Positions 19,372 to 28,999 of a DNA stretch of 64,000 nucleotides are shown piece by piece. The notes beneath the pieces are model-generated. The model was not told the DNA's origin, searched no databases, and saw only the letters and a program-made list of their open reading frames with translations. Every line of letters starts with the position of its first letter. The first letter of the stretch is position 1. This stretch comes from Bacteroidota bacterium. Lineage in GTDB: Bacteria > Bacteroidota > Ignavibacteria > Kapaibacteriales > HRBIN21. The DNA is taken from positions 19,899 through 83,898 of the forward strand of contig JAUQPR010000005.1 of NCBI GenBank assembly GCA_030550275.1, written 5' to 3'. Both the position numbers and the translations under genes were made by a program.

Positions 19372-21439
19372 CGGTCGCATGGCGGGCAATCGCCTTACTG
19401 AGACCAATCTCCACCGCTGCGCACAGCAGGGCAATCACCAGGAAGAGCTGCCACAGCTCCGTTGCCGAGCTCACCTGCTGCGGCAGCCGCACGAGCTCTC
19501 CGGCATCTTCGATCACGGCGAACTGCTCGGATGCCGACACGATCGGCGCTGCCCAGCGGCGCAGCTCCGAAGGCGCTGCAGGCACAGCTTCCAGCTCGCT
19601 CTGGGGCACATTCACCGCCACCGCTGCAACAGGCGTTCCATCGGGCGCGAACACGCCGTAGACCCCAGGCTCCTGCAATCGCCCCAGCCACAGGTGTGTC
19701 CCCGTTGCCGTCGTACGGGTCTGGCGCGGCACTTCCCCACCTGCGGGCTCCCGCAGCCGGAGCTCCGGACCGAAGTAGCCCGGAAGCGTCAGCTCCAGCT
19801 CCTGCCCCGCCTCCGCCGAGAGCGTGGGCAGCGCACGCGTTCCCAAGTACAGCACGGCGCGCACCAGGAAGGTCGGGAAAAACCCGCTGTAGGGAAGCTC
19901 GCCCCACTGCGGCAGTGGTGCCACGCCGCACACGAGCATACGCCCTTTGCCCAGTGCATGCTCCACCACAAGAGGACCGGCGTTGCTCTCCACGATCGGC
20001 GCAGACGCTGGGATGACGAGCTGCCGCACCAATGCCGGCGTTTCGGGAAGCGCTGCCGCCTCCGTTTCCCCACGGAAGACCCCGCGGAAGATGGGATGCT
20101 GCTTGTCCACCCGAGCCAATGTCACCGCCTGCGGTGCTGTAAACTGGCGCAGTGCTGCTCCGGCAATCCCCACACTTGCCAGCCACTGCGGCAGTGCCTG
20201 TAGCGTTGCACCATCTGCGGCAAAGAGCAGCAAGCGCCCTCCTGCACGCACGTACGCTGCCAACTGCTCCAATTGCTGCGCCGTCAGTGCCGAGCTTGCA
20301 GCAACCACCACAGCCGCGCCGGCGAGGCTCCCGGCGGAGACACTCCCGGCCGGAAGTACGCGGAGCCGCAGTGGCGAGCTCTGCACCGGCAACGCCTGCA
20401 GCGCCGTTTGGAGGAAGGGCAGTGCCTCCGCATCGGCGATGAGCGCTACTTCGATGGGCTGCGGTACGATGACGGCGCTGTAGCGCTCGTTCCCGAACTC
20501 GGTGGCATCCCCCTCGACGGTAACGCGGATGGGGAGCAGCCCTGACTGCGGCAATGGAGCGCTCAGCAGTACTGTCTGCACCTTTCCAGCCCCCAGCAGG
20601 AGGCTCTGCTGCGCCACCCGCTCCTGCCCCAGGAAGAGGCTCACCACAACAGCAGCATCGCGCTCGCCGAGGTTGCGAAGGCGCGCGTAGACAACAACCG
20701 GCTGCCCTGCGGCATGGAGCTGGCTGACAAGCGCAACGGAATCGAGCACCACCTCTCCTGCAGCAGGCTGCTGCGCGGAGCCCACCGGAACGAAGAAGAG
20801 CTGCGTGCGCGCATCCAGGCGCAGCTCCGCAGGGAGCTGCGCTCCCAACTGCGTGCGGTGGAAGTCGCTCACCACGTACACCTGGCGATGCCAATGCCGG
20901 GCTTGCCCCAGCAGCCCAATGGCACGGCGGAGCACAACGCTCAGCGGTGCCGTCGTTGCCGTCGGCTGCATTCGCTGGAGCTGCTCCAGTACGGCACCGT
21001 GGTTTGCCGCCCACTCCGGGAGCACGGTATCGGAGACCACCGGCAGCAGGAGCACCTCATCATCGGCGTACAGGGAACGCAGCAGCTCCACTGCAGCGCG
21101 GCGTGCTGCTGCGAAGCGCTCCCCCAGCGCCATGCTGGCAGAGTTGTCCAGCACAAGGAGCACGCTCACTGGCGCCCGCTGCTGCAAGCCCGGCAGCTTC
21201 GCCGGCAGCACCGGTCGGGCAAACGCCAGCACCACCGCGGCGATGAGCAGCATTCGCACCGCCAGGAGCAGCAACTGCTGGAGCCGGAACCGGCGAATCG
21301 TGCTCCGCTCCAGTTGCTTGAGGAAGCGCAGCGTGCTGAACTCCTGCTGGCGCAACCGACGCAGATTCAGCAGATGCAGCAACAGCGGGATAAGCGCCGC
21401 CACCAGCCCCAGCAACACCACGGGGTTGAGGAAATTCAT
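19364..21439 (-). CDS. BatA N-terminal domain / vWA-domain membrane protein
   Basis: MNFLNP...IPLLLHLL...FSTLRFL BatA motif; LDNSASM and VSD MIDAS-like residues; C-terminal ELWQLFLVIALL. Confidence 0.88.
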   Translation of the reverse strand: MNFLNPVVLLGLVAALIPLLLHLLNLRRLRQQEFSTLRFLKQLERSTIRRFRLQQLLLLAVRMLLIAAVVLAFARPVLPAKLPGLQQRAPVSVLLVLDNSASMALGERFAAARRAAVELLRSLYADDEVLLLPVVSDTVLPEWAANHGAVLEQLQRMQPTATTAPLSVVLRRAIGLLGQARHWHRQVYVVSDFHRTQLGAQLPAELRLDARTQLFFVPVGSAQQPAAGEVVLDSVALVSQLHAAGQPVVVYARLRNLGERDAAVVVSLFLGQERVAQQSLLLGAGKVQTVLLSAPLPQSGLLPIRVTVEGDATEFGNERYSAVIVPQPIEVALIADAEALPFLQTALQALPVQSSPLRLRVLPAGSVSAGSLAGAAVVVAASSALTAQQLEQLAAYVRAGGRLLLFAADGATLQALPQWLASVGIAGAALRQFTAPQAVTLARVDKQHPIFRGVFRGETEAAALPETPALVRQLVIPASAPIVESNAGPLVVEHALGKGRMLVCGVAPLPQWGELPYSGFFPTFLVRAVLYLGTRALPTLSAEAGQELELTLPGYFGPELRLREPAGGEVPRQTRTTATGTHLWLGRLQEPGVYGVFAPDGTPVAAVAVNVPQSELEAVPAAPSELRRWAAPIVSASEQFAVIEDAGELVRLPQQVSSATELWQLFLVIALLCAAVEIGLSKAIARHATDA

Positions 21440-21496
21440 GCCGTTCGCTGCGAGCTTGCCCAGGGCAACGGACGAGTTCCCTCGCTGCGCAGTGCC

Positions 21497-22930
21497 TCAG
21501 AAGGGCACGTCGCTGTCGTACGGCGGCGGTGGAGGTTCGGGGTAGTGCAGTGCCAAGTTCTCAAAGCGTGCCCAATCGCGCAAGTACGCCAAGCGCACCT
21601 CACCGACGGGTCCATTGCGCTGCTTGCCGATGATGATCTCGGCTGTGCCCTCCGTCGGCGTCCCATCGTCGTAGGTGGTGATGCCATACATCTCCGGGCG
21701 ATGCACGAAGATGACCACATCGGCATCCTGTTCGAGCGAGCCCGATTCGCGGAGGTCAGAGAGCATCGGGCGCTTGTCCGCACGCGACTCAACGGCACGG
21801 TTCAGCTGCGCCAGGGCGACCACCGGGATGCCGAGCTCCTTTGCCATCATCTTCAGCGAGCGGGAGATGATGGCGACCTCGCGCTCGCGGCTCTCCGCCT
21901 TTGGTGGAGCAATGAGCTGGAGGTAGTCCACGATGATCAGCTCCACCCCGTGCTCCGAGCGCAACCGGCGGGATTTCGCCCGCAGCTCCACCAGCGACAG
22001 CATCGGCGTATCGTCAATGAAGATGGGCGCCTCCGCCAGCCGCCCCGTTGCCTGGACCAAGCGCGGCAGGAGCTCCGGCGAGAGCTTCCCCGTTCGCAAC
22101 CGATGGGAATCCACCTGCGCCTCGGCTGCCAGCAGACGCAGCACAAGCTGCAGTGCCGACATCTCCAGCGAGAAGATCGCCACCGGAATGCGGTACTCCA
22201 CCGCCGCATTGCGGGCAATCGAGAGCGCCAGCGCCGTCTTCCCCATCGAAGGACGCCCGGCAATGACGATGAAGTCCGACCGCTGCAGCCCACCGGTGAG
22301 CTCATCCAGCCGGATGTAGCCAGTGGGGATCCCCGTCAGCCCTGTGCGCTCCTTGCGCTCGAGCAGGCTTGCCACGTGCTCAAATGCCGTACGCGCCAGT
22401 GTGCGCATCGAGCGGGCACCCTGGCGTAGCCGCTTCTCAGCGATCTCGAAGATGGCGCTCTCCGCACGGTCCAGCTCCTCGAGCGCATCCGTGCTCTCGT
22501 CGTAACAAGCGTAGATGATCTCGGCAGCCGTGCGGATAAGGCTGCGCTTGAGGTAGTGCTCCAGCACAATCCGCGCATAGTGCTCTACCGCAGCAACTGA
22601 GGGCACCCGCAGCGTCAGCTCGGTCAGATATGCCGTTCCGCCGACCTGCTCCAAGACGCCCTGCCGGCGCAGCTCCTCGGCAACGGTGAGCAGGTCCACG
22701 GTGACGCCACGCTCGAACAGCGCCACGATTGCTTGGAAGAGCACACGATGCGCCTCACGGTAGAAGCAATCCGCCTCTAACAGCTCGATGGCTTTGACTA
22801 CCGCAGCGCGGTCCTGGAGCATCGCGCCCAGGACCGCCATCTCTGCATCAAGCGAATGTGGAGGAACCCGCTCGCTGATGCGCTCCAGCGGAATAACCTC
22901 CGCCACACGGCGGCGCCCGCCGCGCAGCAT
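21497..22930 (-). CDS. dnaB: Replicative DNA helicase
   Basis: PPHSLDAEMAVLG, AGRPSMGKT, IVDYLQL, LSDLRESGSLEQDAD, KQRNGP. Confidence 0.97.
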   Translation of the reverse strand: MLRGGRRRVAEVIPLERISERVPPHSLDAEMAVLGAMLQDRAAVVKAIELLEADCFYREAHRVLFQAIVALFERGVTVDLLTVAEELRRQGVLEQVGGTAYLTELTLRVPSVAAVEHYARIVLEHYLKRSLIRTAAEIIYACYDESTDALEELDRAESAIFEIAEKRLRQGARSMRTLARTAFEHVASLLERKERTGLTGIPTGYIRLDELTGGLQRSDFIVIAGRPSMGKTALALSIARNAAVEYRIPVAIFSLEMSALQLVLRLLAAEAQVDSHRLRTGKLSPELLPRLVQATGRLAEAPIFIDDTPMLSLVELRAKSRRLRSEHGVELIIVDYLQLIAPPKAESREREVAIISRSLKMMAKELGIPVVALAQLNRAVESRADKRPMLSDLRESGSLEQDADVVIFVHRPEMYGITTYDDGTPTEGTAEIIIGKQRNGPVGEVRLAYLRDWARFENLALHYPEPPPPPYDSDVPF

Positions 22931-23101
22931 CGTCTCCAGCGGATAGCTGTGTTCGGCTTCTCCCCCGGGGAACATGGCAGCAGCTCCGCGTACGAGGGAC
23001 ATCTCTTGGAGCGTGAAAATAGCGAACCGCCGGCGAGCAGCACACATACGCCAAAGTCGCTACTTTCGCACTGCAAACTGTTCAACAGTCTCCGCACGGC
23101 A

Positions 23102-23323
23102 ATGCAGTACAACGTTGGGACCGTCGATCGGTGGGTTCGCCTGATTGCAGGCGCACTGCTCTTCGTCTTGGGCGGGTGGAGCTGGGGAGGATGGCAAGGG
23201 CATACCGGCGGTATCATCGCGCTCGTGGTAGGGGTGGTTCTGATTGCCACAGCGCTCCTGCGGTGGTGCCCGATGTATTCGCTCCTGCGGATCACGACCG
23301 CCCGGGAACAGGCGCGCTCGTAG
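23102..23323 (+). CDS. DUF2892 (YgaP-like) small membrane protein
   Basis: NVGTVDRWVRLIAG...WCPMYSLL motif. Confidence 0.88.
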   Translation: MQYNVGTVDRWVRLIAGALLFVLGGWSWGGWQGHTGGIIALVVGVVLIATALLRWCPMYSLLRITTAREQARS

Positions 23324-23346
23324 CCTGATACGCTACACCACTGGGG

Positions 23347-25533
23347 ATGCTTCGGCGCTGGGCTGCCCCGGCAACGGCGGTGGGGCTGAGCCTGGGGTTT
23401 GCACTTGTGTGGCTGCGCGTGGTATACCTGCAGGTCGTGCAAGCCGAGCAGTACCGCCAGCAGCTCCAGCGGCAAGCCTTTGCACGGGTGCTCCTGTTGC
23501 CAGAGCGCGGGACTATCCTGGACTGCCGGGGCGAACCACTGGCACTGAGCGTTAAAGCCCCTTCGTACGCGGTGGACCCACAGCAGCTCCGCTGTGCGGA
23601 GTGCCTCTGCCGAGCAGCCCACGCCCTGGGTCTGGATTCGGCAACCTGCCTGCAGCGCATCCGCAGTGCCCGGGGACGCTTCCTGTGGCTGCTCCGCAGC
23701 GTCTGGGAGCGCCCCACTACAGCGCTGGATACGCTCTCCGACCCCGGACTCATCCGGCTGCAGGAGCTCCACCGAGTCTACCCCTACGGCGAGCTGACGC
23801 TTCCGCTCCTGGGCAGCGTCAACATTGACCAGGTGGGCATCTCCGGAGTGGAGCTCTCCTACGATTCGCTCCTGCGCATGCCACCGGTGGAGACCCTCAT
23901 GCGGCGTGATGCTCGGGGGCAATTGATTCCAGTGCCCCAATCGGCTGCCCATTCACCGCCGCAGCCGCCGATGCTGCGCACAACGCTGGATATCGAGCTG
24001 CAGCAGCTTATCGCCTACGAGCTGCAGCGAGGGCTTGAACGCTTCCGCGCCCGCTCTGGTGTTGCCATAGCACTGGAGGTCCGTAGCGGAGCGATCCGAG
24101 CCGCCGTTGCTCTCCCCACACCCGCCCGCGGGAGCGCGACGCTTCCAGTGGTGGGCGAGGTGTACGAACCCGGCTCGGTGCTCAAACCCTTCATCGCCGC
24201 TGCGGCACTGGACCAAGGGCTACTTCGCCCCGAAGACACGCTCGATGCCCGCAACGGGGAGTGGAGCATCCTGGGACAGCTCATCCGCGACGAGTACTCC
24301 CTGGGGCGGACGACGCTTCGCCGTGCCTTTGCGCTCTCCAGCAATATCGTCTTCGCCGAGCTTGCCTACCGGCTTCCTCGGCGCGTGCTCTACCGGTACG
24401 TTCGGGACTTCGGCTTTGGGCTTCCCACGGGCGTGGACCTGCCCGGCGAGGTCAACGGGATTGTCCCCACTCCGGAACGGATGGAGCCCACCACGCCGCT
24501 GTTTTGGGGCTTCGGCTATGGGCTTGCCGTGACGCCCCTACAGCTTGCCTGCGCGTACGCGGCAATTGGCAATGGAGGCGTGCTCGTGCGCCCGCGTATT
24601 GCCGACGCCCTGATTGCCCCCGATGGCACCGTGCTCAAGGAGTTCCCCACCGAGCGGGTCCGGCAGGTCATCACGGAGCGGACGGCACGGCAGCTGCTAT
24701 CCCTGCTGCGCAGCGTCGTAGAGGAGGGCACCGGGCGGGCAGCGGCACTGCCGCAGCTCCCGATCGCCGGCAAAACCGGTACGGCACGGCAACTGGTCGA
24801 GGGGCATTACAGTCCGCAAGCGCATACCGCCTCGTTTGTGGCGCTCCTGCCAGCGCATTCTCCGCGGCTGGTCCTGTTGGTGATGCTGCAGCAGCCACAG
24901 GAAGCGGTCTACGGCGGGCAAACCGCCGCCCCTATCGTGCGGCGCGTCCTCCTGCGAATGCTTGCCAATACTCGGCTCCGCTCGTATATTGCAGATGCAG
25001 CGCTGACACAGCACCCCTCCGTGCATGTTCCACAGCGTACGCAGAGCAATGACACACGAGCCCCCGACACCGACCCCCGCCCCCGAACCGGGCGAGCAGC
25101 CGCAACGCTCCTGGGTGGAGGGCTTCCGCGATATCATGGTGGCTCCAACCGAGCTGGCATCCACCCTGGGGCAGCATGTGGGGAAGGTCTTTGTTGCAGC
25201 GCTTCTGCTGCTGACCGTTACCTCGGCTGCGGTCAACTGGCTGCACAGCCGCAGTCCCGCACTCCGCGCGCAGCTGGAGGAGCTCACCCTGCAGCAACTG
25301 GAGCGCTACTTTGCCAAAAACCCGCAGCTTTCGTCGGAGGAGCGCCAGCGGATCCGCGAGACCGTTCCAGAGGGGCTGCGCTTCTCGCTGGCGCGGAGCC
25401 TGCTCGGGGGGCTTTTCACCAACGTCATCTCGCTTCTGGCTGTGCTGGGATTGCTCTGGCTGCTGCAGCTTCCCTTTGCGGGGAACCTCCAGCGGGTTCG
25501 CTTCGCTGTGCTGGCAGCGGCACTGGGATATAG
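23347..25533 (+). CDS. Class B penicillin-binding protein (FtsI-like); 3' end probably frameshifted, real end near 25052
   Basis: RGTILD, RVYPYG, SxxK (EPGSVLK), SSN and KTGT motifs; the tail after ~aa 550 overlaps the next gene. Confidence 0.85.
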   Translation: MLRRWAAPATAVGLSLGFALVWLRVVYLQVVQAEQYRQQLQRQAFARVLLLPERGTILDCRGEPLALSVKAPSYAVDPQQLRCAECLCRAAHALGLDSATCLQRIRSARGRFLWLLRSVWERPTTALDTLSDPGLIRLQELHRVYPYGELTLPLLGSVNIDQVGISGVELSYDSLLRMPPVETLMRRDARGQLIPVPQSAAHSPPQPPMLRTTLDIELQQLIAYELQRGLERFRARSGVAIALEVRSGAIRAAVALPTPARGSATLPVVGEVYEPGSVLKPFIAAAALDQGLLRPEDTLDARNGEWSILGQLIRDEYSLGRTTLRRAFALSSNIVFAELAYRLPRRVLYRYVRDFGFGLPTGVDLPGEVNGIVPTPERMEPTTPLFWGFGYGLAVTPLQLACAYAAIGNGGVLVRPRIADALIAPDGTVLKEFPTERVRQVITERTARQLLSLLRSVVEEGTGRAAALPQLPIAGKTGTARQLVEGHYSPQAHTASFVALLPAHSPRLVLLVMLQQPQEAVYGGQTAAPIVRRVLLRMLANTRLRSYIADAALTQHPSVHVPQRTQSNDTRAPDTDPRPRTGRAAATLLGGGLPRYHGGSNRAGIHPGAACGEGLCCSASAADRYLGCGQLAAQPQSRTPRAAGGAHPAATGALLCQKPAAFVGGAPADPRDRSRGAALLAGAEPARGAFHQRHLASGCAGIALAAAASLCGEPPAGSLRCAGSGTGI

Positions 25534-25825
25534 CTGCTTGCCCGGCGCCCTTGGGGAGCTGCTCAACGCCGCCGTGCAGGTACTCGGGGGCTCTCTGCAA
25601 TTCCAGCTCAGCCCAGCGGCGTTCGTTTCGCCCTTCGAGCACCCGATTGTGTTCTCCGTGCTGAGTCGCCTCCACGTCGGCACGGTGGCTCAGTATGCGC
25701 TCTTGGGCATTGTACTTGCCGACGCTGCATCCCTGCGCTCGCGCCTTGCCGGAGTAGCCTGGAGCTTTACGGCTCTGGGAATATGGCTGGGCGCGATTGC
25801 TACCTTGGGACGCTTGATGGCGTAG
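25049..25825 (+). CDS. Yip1-like multi-pass membrane protein
   Basis: About five TM segments with a soluble helical insert after TM1; I..APTE motif near the N-terminus. Confidence 0.7.
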   Translation: MTHEPPTPTPAPEPGEQPQRSWVEGFRDIMVAPTELASTLGQHVGKVFVAALLLLTVTSAAVNWLHSRSPALRAQLEELTLQQLERYFAKNPQLSSEERQRIRETVPEGLRFSLARSLLGGLFTNVISLLAVLGLLWLLQLPFAGNLQRVRFAVLAAALGYSCLPGALGELLNAAVQVLGGSLQFQLSPAAFVSPFEHPIVFSVLSRLHVGTVAQYALLGIVLADAASLRSRLAGVAWSFTALGIWLGAIATLGRLMA

Positions 25826-25880
25826 CCGAGATTTGCTATTTTGCGCTCTGCAGGGGTTGTCCAACACCGTGAGATGTGCC

Positions 25881-26378
25881 GTGGCTGCACCGTACGTGTT
25901 GGTCGTGGACGATAACCACATCGCCATCAAAATGCTGCGCCGATACCTGGAGCGGCAAGGCTATGAGGTCGGCGAGGCACACGACGGCATAGAGTGCCTG
26001 GAGCAGGTCGCCCAGCGTCTGCCCGATGCTATCGTGCTGGATGTGATGATGCCGAACTTGGATGGCTACGCAACCGTCCAGCAGTTGCGCAGCAATCCCC
26101 AGACGGCGCACGTTCCCGTGGTCATCGTCACGGCGCTCAACGATGTGTCGAACCAGCTCCGCGCCATCGAAGCCGGCGCCGATGACTTCCTGGGCAAGCC
26201 CGTGGAGGAACGGCTGCTCATCGCCAAGGTGAAGCTGCTGGTGACCATCAGCCGTCTCCGCAAAGCGGTAGCAGCGCTGCAGCAGTACATCCGCAATCTG
26301 TCCAACGGAACAGCTCAGCTTCCCTCCGACCTCCAGCAGCTATGGCACGAGCTTGGTATCGAGGAGCTCTCCTCATAG
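25881..26378 (+). CDS. Response regulator (receiver domain plus short tail)
   Basis: VLVVDD, LDVMMPNLDG, VTAL, AGADDFLGKP. Confidence 0.9.
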   Translation: MAAPYVLVVDDNHIAIKMLRRYLERQGYEVGEAHDGIECLEQVAQRLPDAIVLDVMMPNLDGYATVQQLRSNPQTAHVPVVIVTALNDVSNQLRAIEAGADDFLGKPVEERLLIAKVKLLVTISRLRKAVAALQQYIRNLSNGTAQLPSDLQQLWHELGIEELSS

Positions 26379-26974
26379 GCGCGGTGGTGCTGACCGGCTG
26401 CGGTACCGTCCGGCAGGTAACGGAAACGCTCGTCGGCGTGGAGCGCCTGCGATTTCGCCTGGCGGGGGTATCGGAGTTCCGCTTGGCGGGAATTGCGCTT
26501 GCTCAGAAGGCATCGCCGCGGGATTTCTCCCCGATGGAGTTGGCGCAACTGCTCCAGTACCAGCAGCGCCGCTCGCTGCCGGTGGAGCTCCTGCTGCAGG
26601 TGGCAGCGTACAACCCGAACGATGGACGCGCGGGACGGCGCCGCCTCCCCGTCACGCTGACCGGGCTGGAGTGGAAGCTCCTGATCGATGAAACCCCGAC
26701 GGTCTCCGGCGATTTGGGCGCCCCTGTGGAGCTCCCCGGCGGTGGGGACACTGTGCTCATCCCTCTGCGCGTCAAGCTGGACCTGTACGAGTTCTTCGCC
26801 CAGCGCTCGTGGAACGAGCTCATAGAGCTGGCACTTGCCATCGGGGGTGCTCGCGGGAGCTGCGCGCGGCTGATGCTGCAGGCGCGCCCACGCGTTCTCA
26901 CCCCTCTCGGCGAGCTCCACTCCCCGGGCTACATCACGATTGTGGACAAGGAGTTCCGCTCCAGCCTGCGATGA
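26342..26974 (+). CDS. LEA-2-like lipoprotein
   Basis: Lipobox LTGC; YNPN and LEWKLLID pattern. Confidence 0.7.
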   Translation: MARAWYRGALLIGAVVLTGCGTVRQVTETLVGVERLRFRLAGVSEFRLAGIALAQKASPRDFSPMELAQLLQYQQRRSLPVELLLQVAAYNPNDGRAGRRRLPVTLTGLEWKLLIDETPTVSGDLGAPVELPGGGDTVLIPLRVKLDLYEFFAQRSWNELIELALAIGGARGSCARLMLQARPRVLTPLGELHSPGYITIVDKEFRSSLR

Positions 26975-27975
26975 ACGAGCTACTGTGGCTCGCGGGAGCG
27001 GTTGCCCTTGTGGCGGGCGCCGCACTCAATCTCTGGCGTGGGGCACTGGAGCACGACCCCTGGCTGCTGCTGACCGAGGTTGCACCCGAGGAATCCCACC
27101 TCTACTGGACCGGGCTGAGCCTGTGGGAAGCGCTCGCCGATGCCATCGTTGTGCTTGCTGCCGTTGGTTTGGGTTCCGCACTCCCACCCAGCATCATGCT
27201 GCTGATGGTTGCAGCCGCACTTGCAGTGCTGGTGCTGCTCAAGCCGACGCTGCGGGCGTTGGGCATGCGCTACGCCCCCACGGTGTTTGAACTCTCCCGC
27301 CGCTTCCTCAAGCTGCTGCGCTGGGGCGGTCAGCTCTGGGGAGCATTGGGGCGCGGCACGACAGCACAGCAGCACGAAGAGCTTGCCCGCCGCGAGCTGA
27401 CAACCGTTGTGGAGACAGCTCATCAAGAGGGAGCGCTCGACCCGGAGGAGTACCGCCTGGTAAGCAACCTGATGCGCCTGCGCAACATCCGCGTCTCCGA
27501 CGTCATGACTCCACGCACAGTGCTGGCGAGCTGCCCGGCGGACATCTCCGTGCGCGATGCGCTCCGGATGCCGGAGCTGCGCATCTTCTCCCGCATTCCA
27601 GTCTGGGAGGGCGAGCCCGACACCATCATCGGCTACGTGCTGACCAAGGACCTGCTCTGGGCAGCGCTCGAAGGAGCATCCGAGCTCCCCGTGCGCCAAT
27701 TCCTGCGCGAGGTGCACTTCCTGCCGGAGACGCTCGAACTGGACCGCGCCTTGGGGGCATTCCTGCAGCGGCGCCAACACCTCTTCGTCGTCGTGGACGA
27801 GTACGGTGGGGTGGAGGGCGTACTGACGCTGGAGGACCTCATCGAGACCCTGCTGGGGGTGGAGATCGTGGACGAAGCGGACCAGATTGCCGACCTGCGC
27901 GAGCTGGCACAGCAGCTCCGTCAGCAGCGCCTGGAGCGTCTGCGTTCGACACTGCCCCCACCGGTTCGCCCGTGA
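26971..27975 (+). CDS. CNNM/CBS-pair (CorC/HlyC-like) membrane protein
   Basis: DVMTPR, FSRIPVW, VVDEYGGVEGVLTLEDLIETLLGVEIVDE. Confidence 0.88.
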   Translation: MNELLWLAGAVALVAGAALNLWRGALEHDPWLLLTEVAPEESHLYWTGLSLWEALADAIVVLAAVGLGSALPPSIMLLMVAAALAVLVLLKPTLRALGMRYAPTVFELSRRFLKLLRWGGQLWGALGRGTTAQQHEELARRELTTVVETAHQEGALDPEEYRLVSNLMRLRNIRVSDVMTPRTVLASCPADISVRDALRMPELRIFSRIPVWEGEPDTIIGYVLTKDLLWAALEGASELPVRQFLREVHFLPETLELDRALGAFLQRRQHLFVVVDEYGGVEGVLTLEDLIETLLGVEIVDEADQIADLRELAQQLRQQRLERLRSTLPPPVRP

Positions 27976-28042
27976 GCGCTGCCCCTGCACGGGGTTGTGT
28001 ATTTTTGCCCAGCTTTCCGGTTGCACTGCCGAGAGCGCATTC

Positions 28043-28321
28043 ATGCAGCGTCGCGATGCCGTCCGCTACATCGTTGCCCGTACGGGGCTGCCCGCCCGCA
28101 CAGTTCGCGCGGTAATGGAGGCGTTCCTGAGCTTCATCATGGAGCAGCTTGCTGCGGGCAACCGTGTGGACCTGCGTGGCTTCGGTGCCTTCATGGTCCG
28201 ATGGCGCCGTCCCCGTATGGCGCGCAATCCCCGCACAGGGGAACCGGTTCCGCTGGGCGACCGGAAGGTGCCCTTCTTCAAGCCCTCGCCGAAGTTTCTC
28301 CGCCTGTTCAAATCGCAATGA
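28043..28321 (+). CDS. HU/IHF-family DNA-binding protein
   Basis: VDLRGFGAF, ARNPRTGEPV, PFFKPS; TATTTTTG at 28000. Confidence 0.92.
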   Translation: MQRRDAVRYIVARTGLPARTVRAVMEAFLSFIMEQLAAGNRVDLRGFGAFMVRWRRPRMARNPRTGEPVPLGDRKVPFFKPSPKFLRLFKSQ

Positions 28322-28875
28322 CGCGCCCGTGGATGCCCACCCTTGCCATCCTCGGCGCTGTAGCAGCATTGACGGCGAGTTCGTGGCTGGTGCGTGAGTG
28401 GTCACTGCGCTCCGAGACAGCCTCCGCCGCCATCCCCGCCGAACAACGGCAACGCGTCGAACAGCTCCAACGGGAGCTGGAGCGCAATCCCGAAAATGCC
28501 CAAGCACTGCTGGAGCTTGCCAACCTCTACTACGACCTTTCGCGCTTCGCCGATGCCGTGCCGCTCTACCGGCGCTACCTGGAGCGCGACCCCGGTAACG
28601 CCGAAGTCCGTATTGACTACGCCTACAGCCTCTTCGCCAGCGGGCAGGAGGACGCCGGCATCGCCGAGCTGTATCGCGTGCTGGAGCGCTTTCTAGACCA
28701 CCCCATCGCCCTCTACAACCTGGGCATCCTCTATGCCCAGCGGGGGGAACTGGAGCGCGCCCGCCAACCTTTGAGCGAACTGATTCGTCTCCATCCCTCG
28801 CTGCCGATTGCCCAACGGGCTCGGCAAGCCCTGCAGATGCTGGATTCCCTATCCCGTTCCACAACCGCGCAGTAG
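28318..28875 (+). CDS. TPR-repeat protein with N-terminal membrane anchor
   Basis: NPENAQALLELANLYYD and HPIALYNLGILY TPR patterns. Confidence 0.85.
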   Translation: MTRPWMPTLAILGAVAALTASSWLVREWSLRSETASAAIPAEQRQRVEQLQRELERNPENAQALLELANLYYDLSRFADAVPLYRRYLERDPGNAEVRIDYAYSLFASGQEDAGIAELYRVLERFLDHPIALYNLGILYAQRGELERARQPLSELIRLHPSLPIAQRARQALQMLDSLSRSTTAQ

Positions 28876-28879
28876 ACCC

Positions 28880-28975
28880 ATGCCCTGTGGACGCAAGCGC
28901 AAGCGCTACAAGATGAACCGGCACAAGCTCAAGAAGCGGCGCCGGAAGAACCGCCACAAGAAGAAGAAGCGGTAG
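28880..28975 (+). CDS. Small basic protein, AURKAIP1/COX24 (bS22-like ribosomal protein) family
   Basis: Manually translated MPCGRKRKRYKMNRHKLKKRRRKNRHKKKKR (31 aa); below the ORF-track cutoff. Confidence 0.85.
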   Translation: MPCGRKRKRYKMNRHKLKKRRRKNRHKKKKR

Positions 28976-28999
28976 CCCCACCCAGCAGGCTCCGGCACG

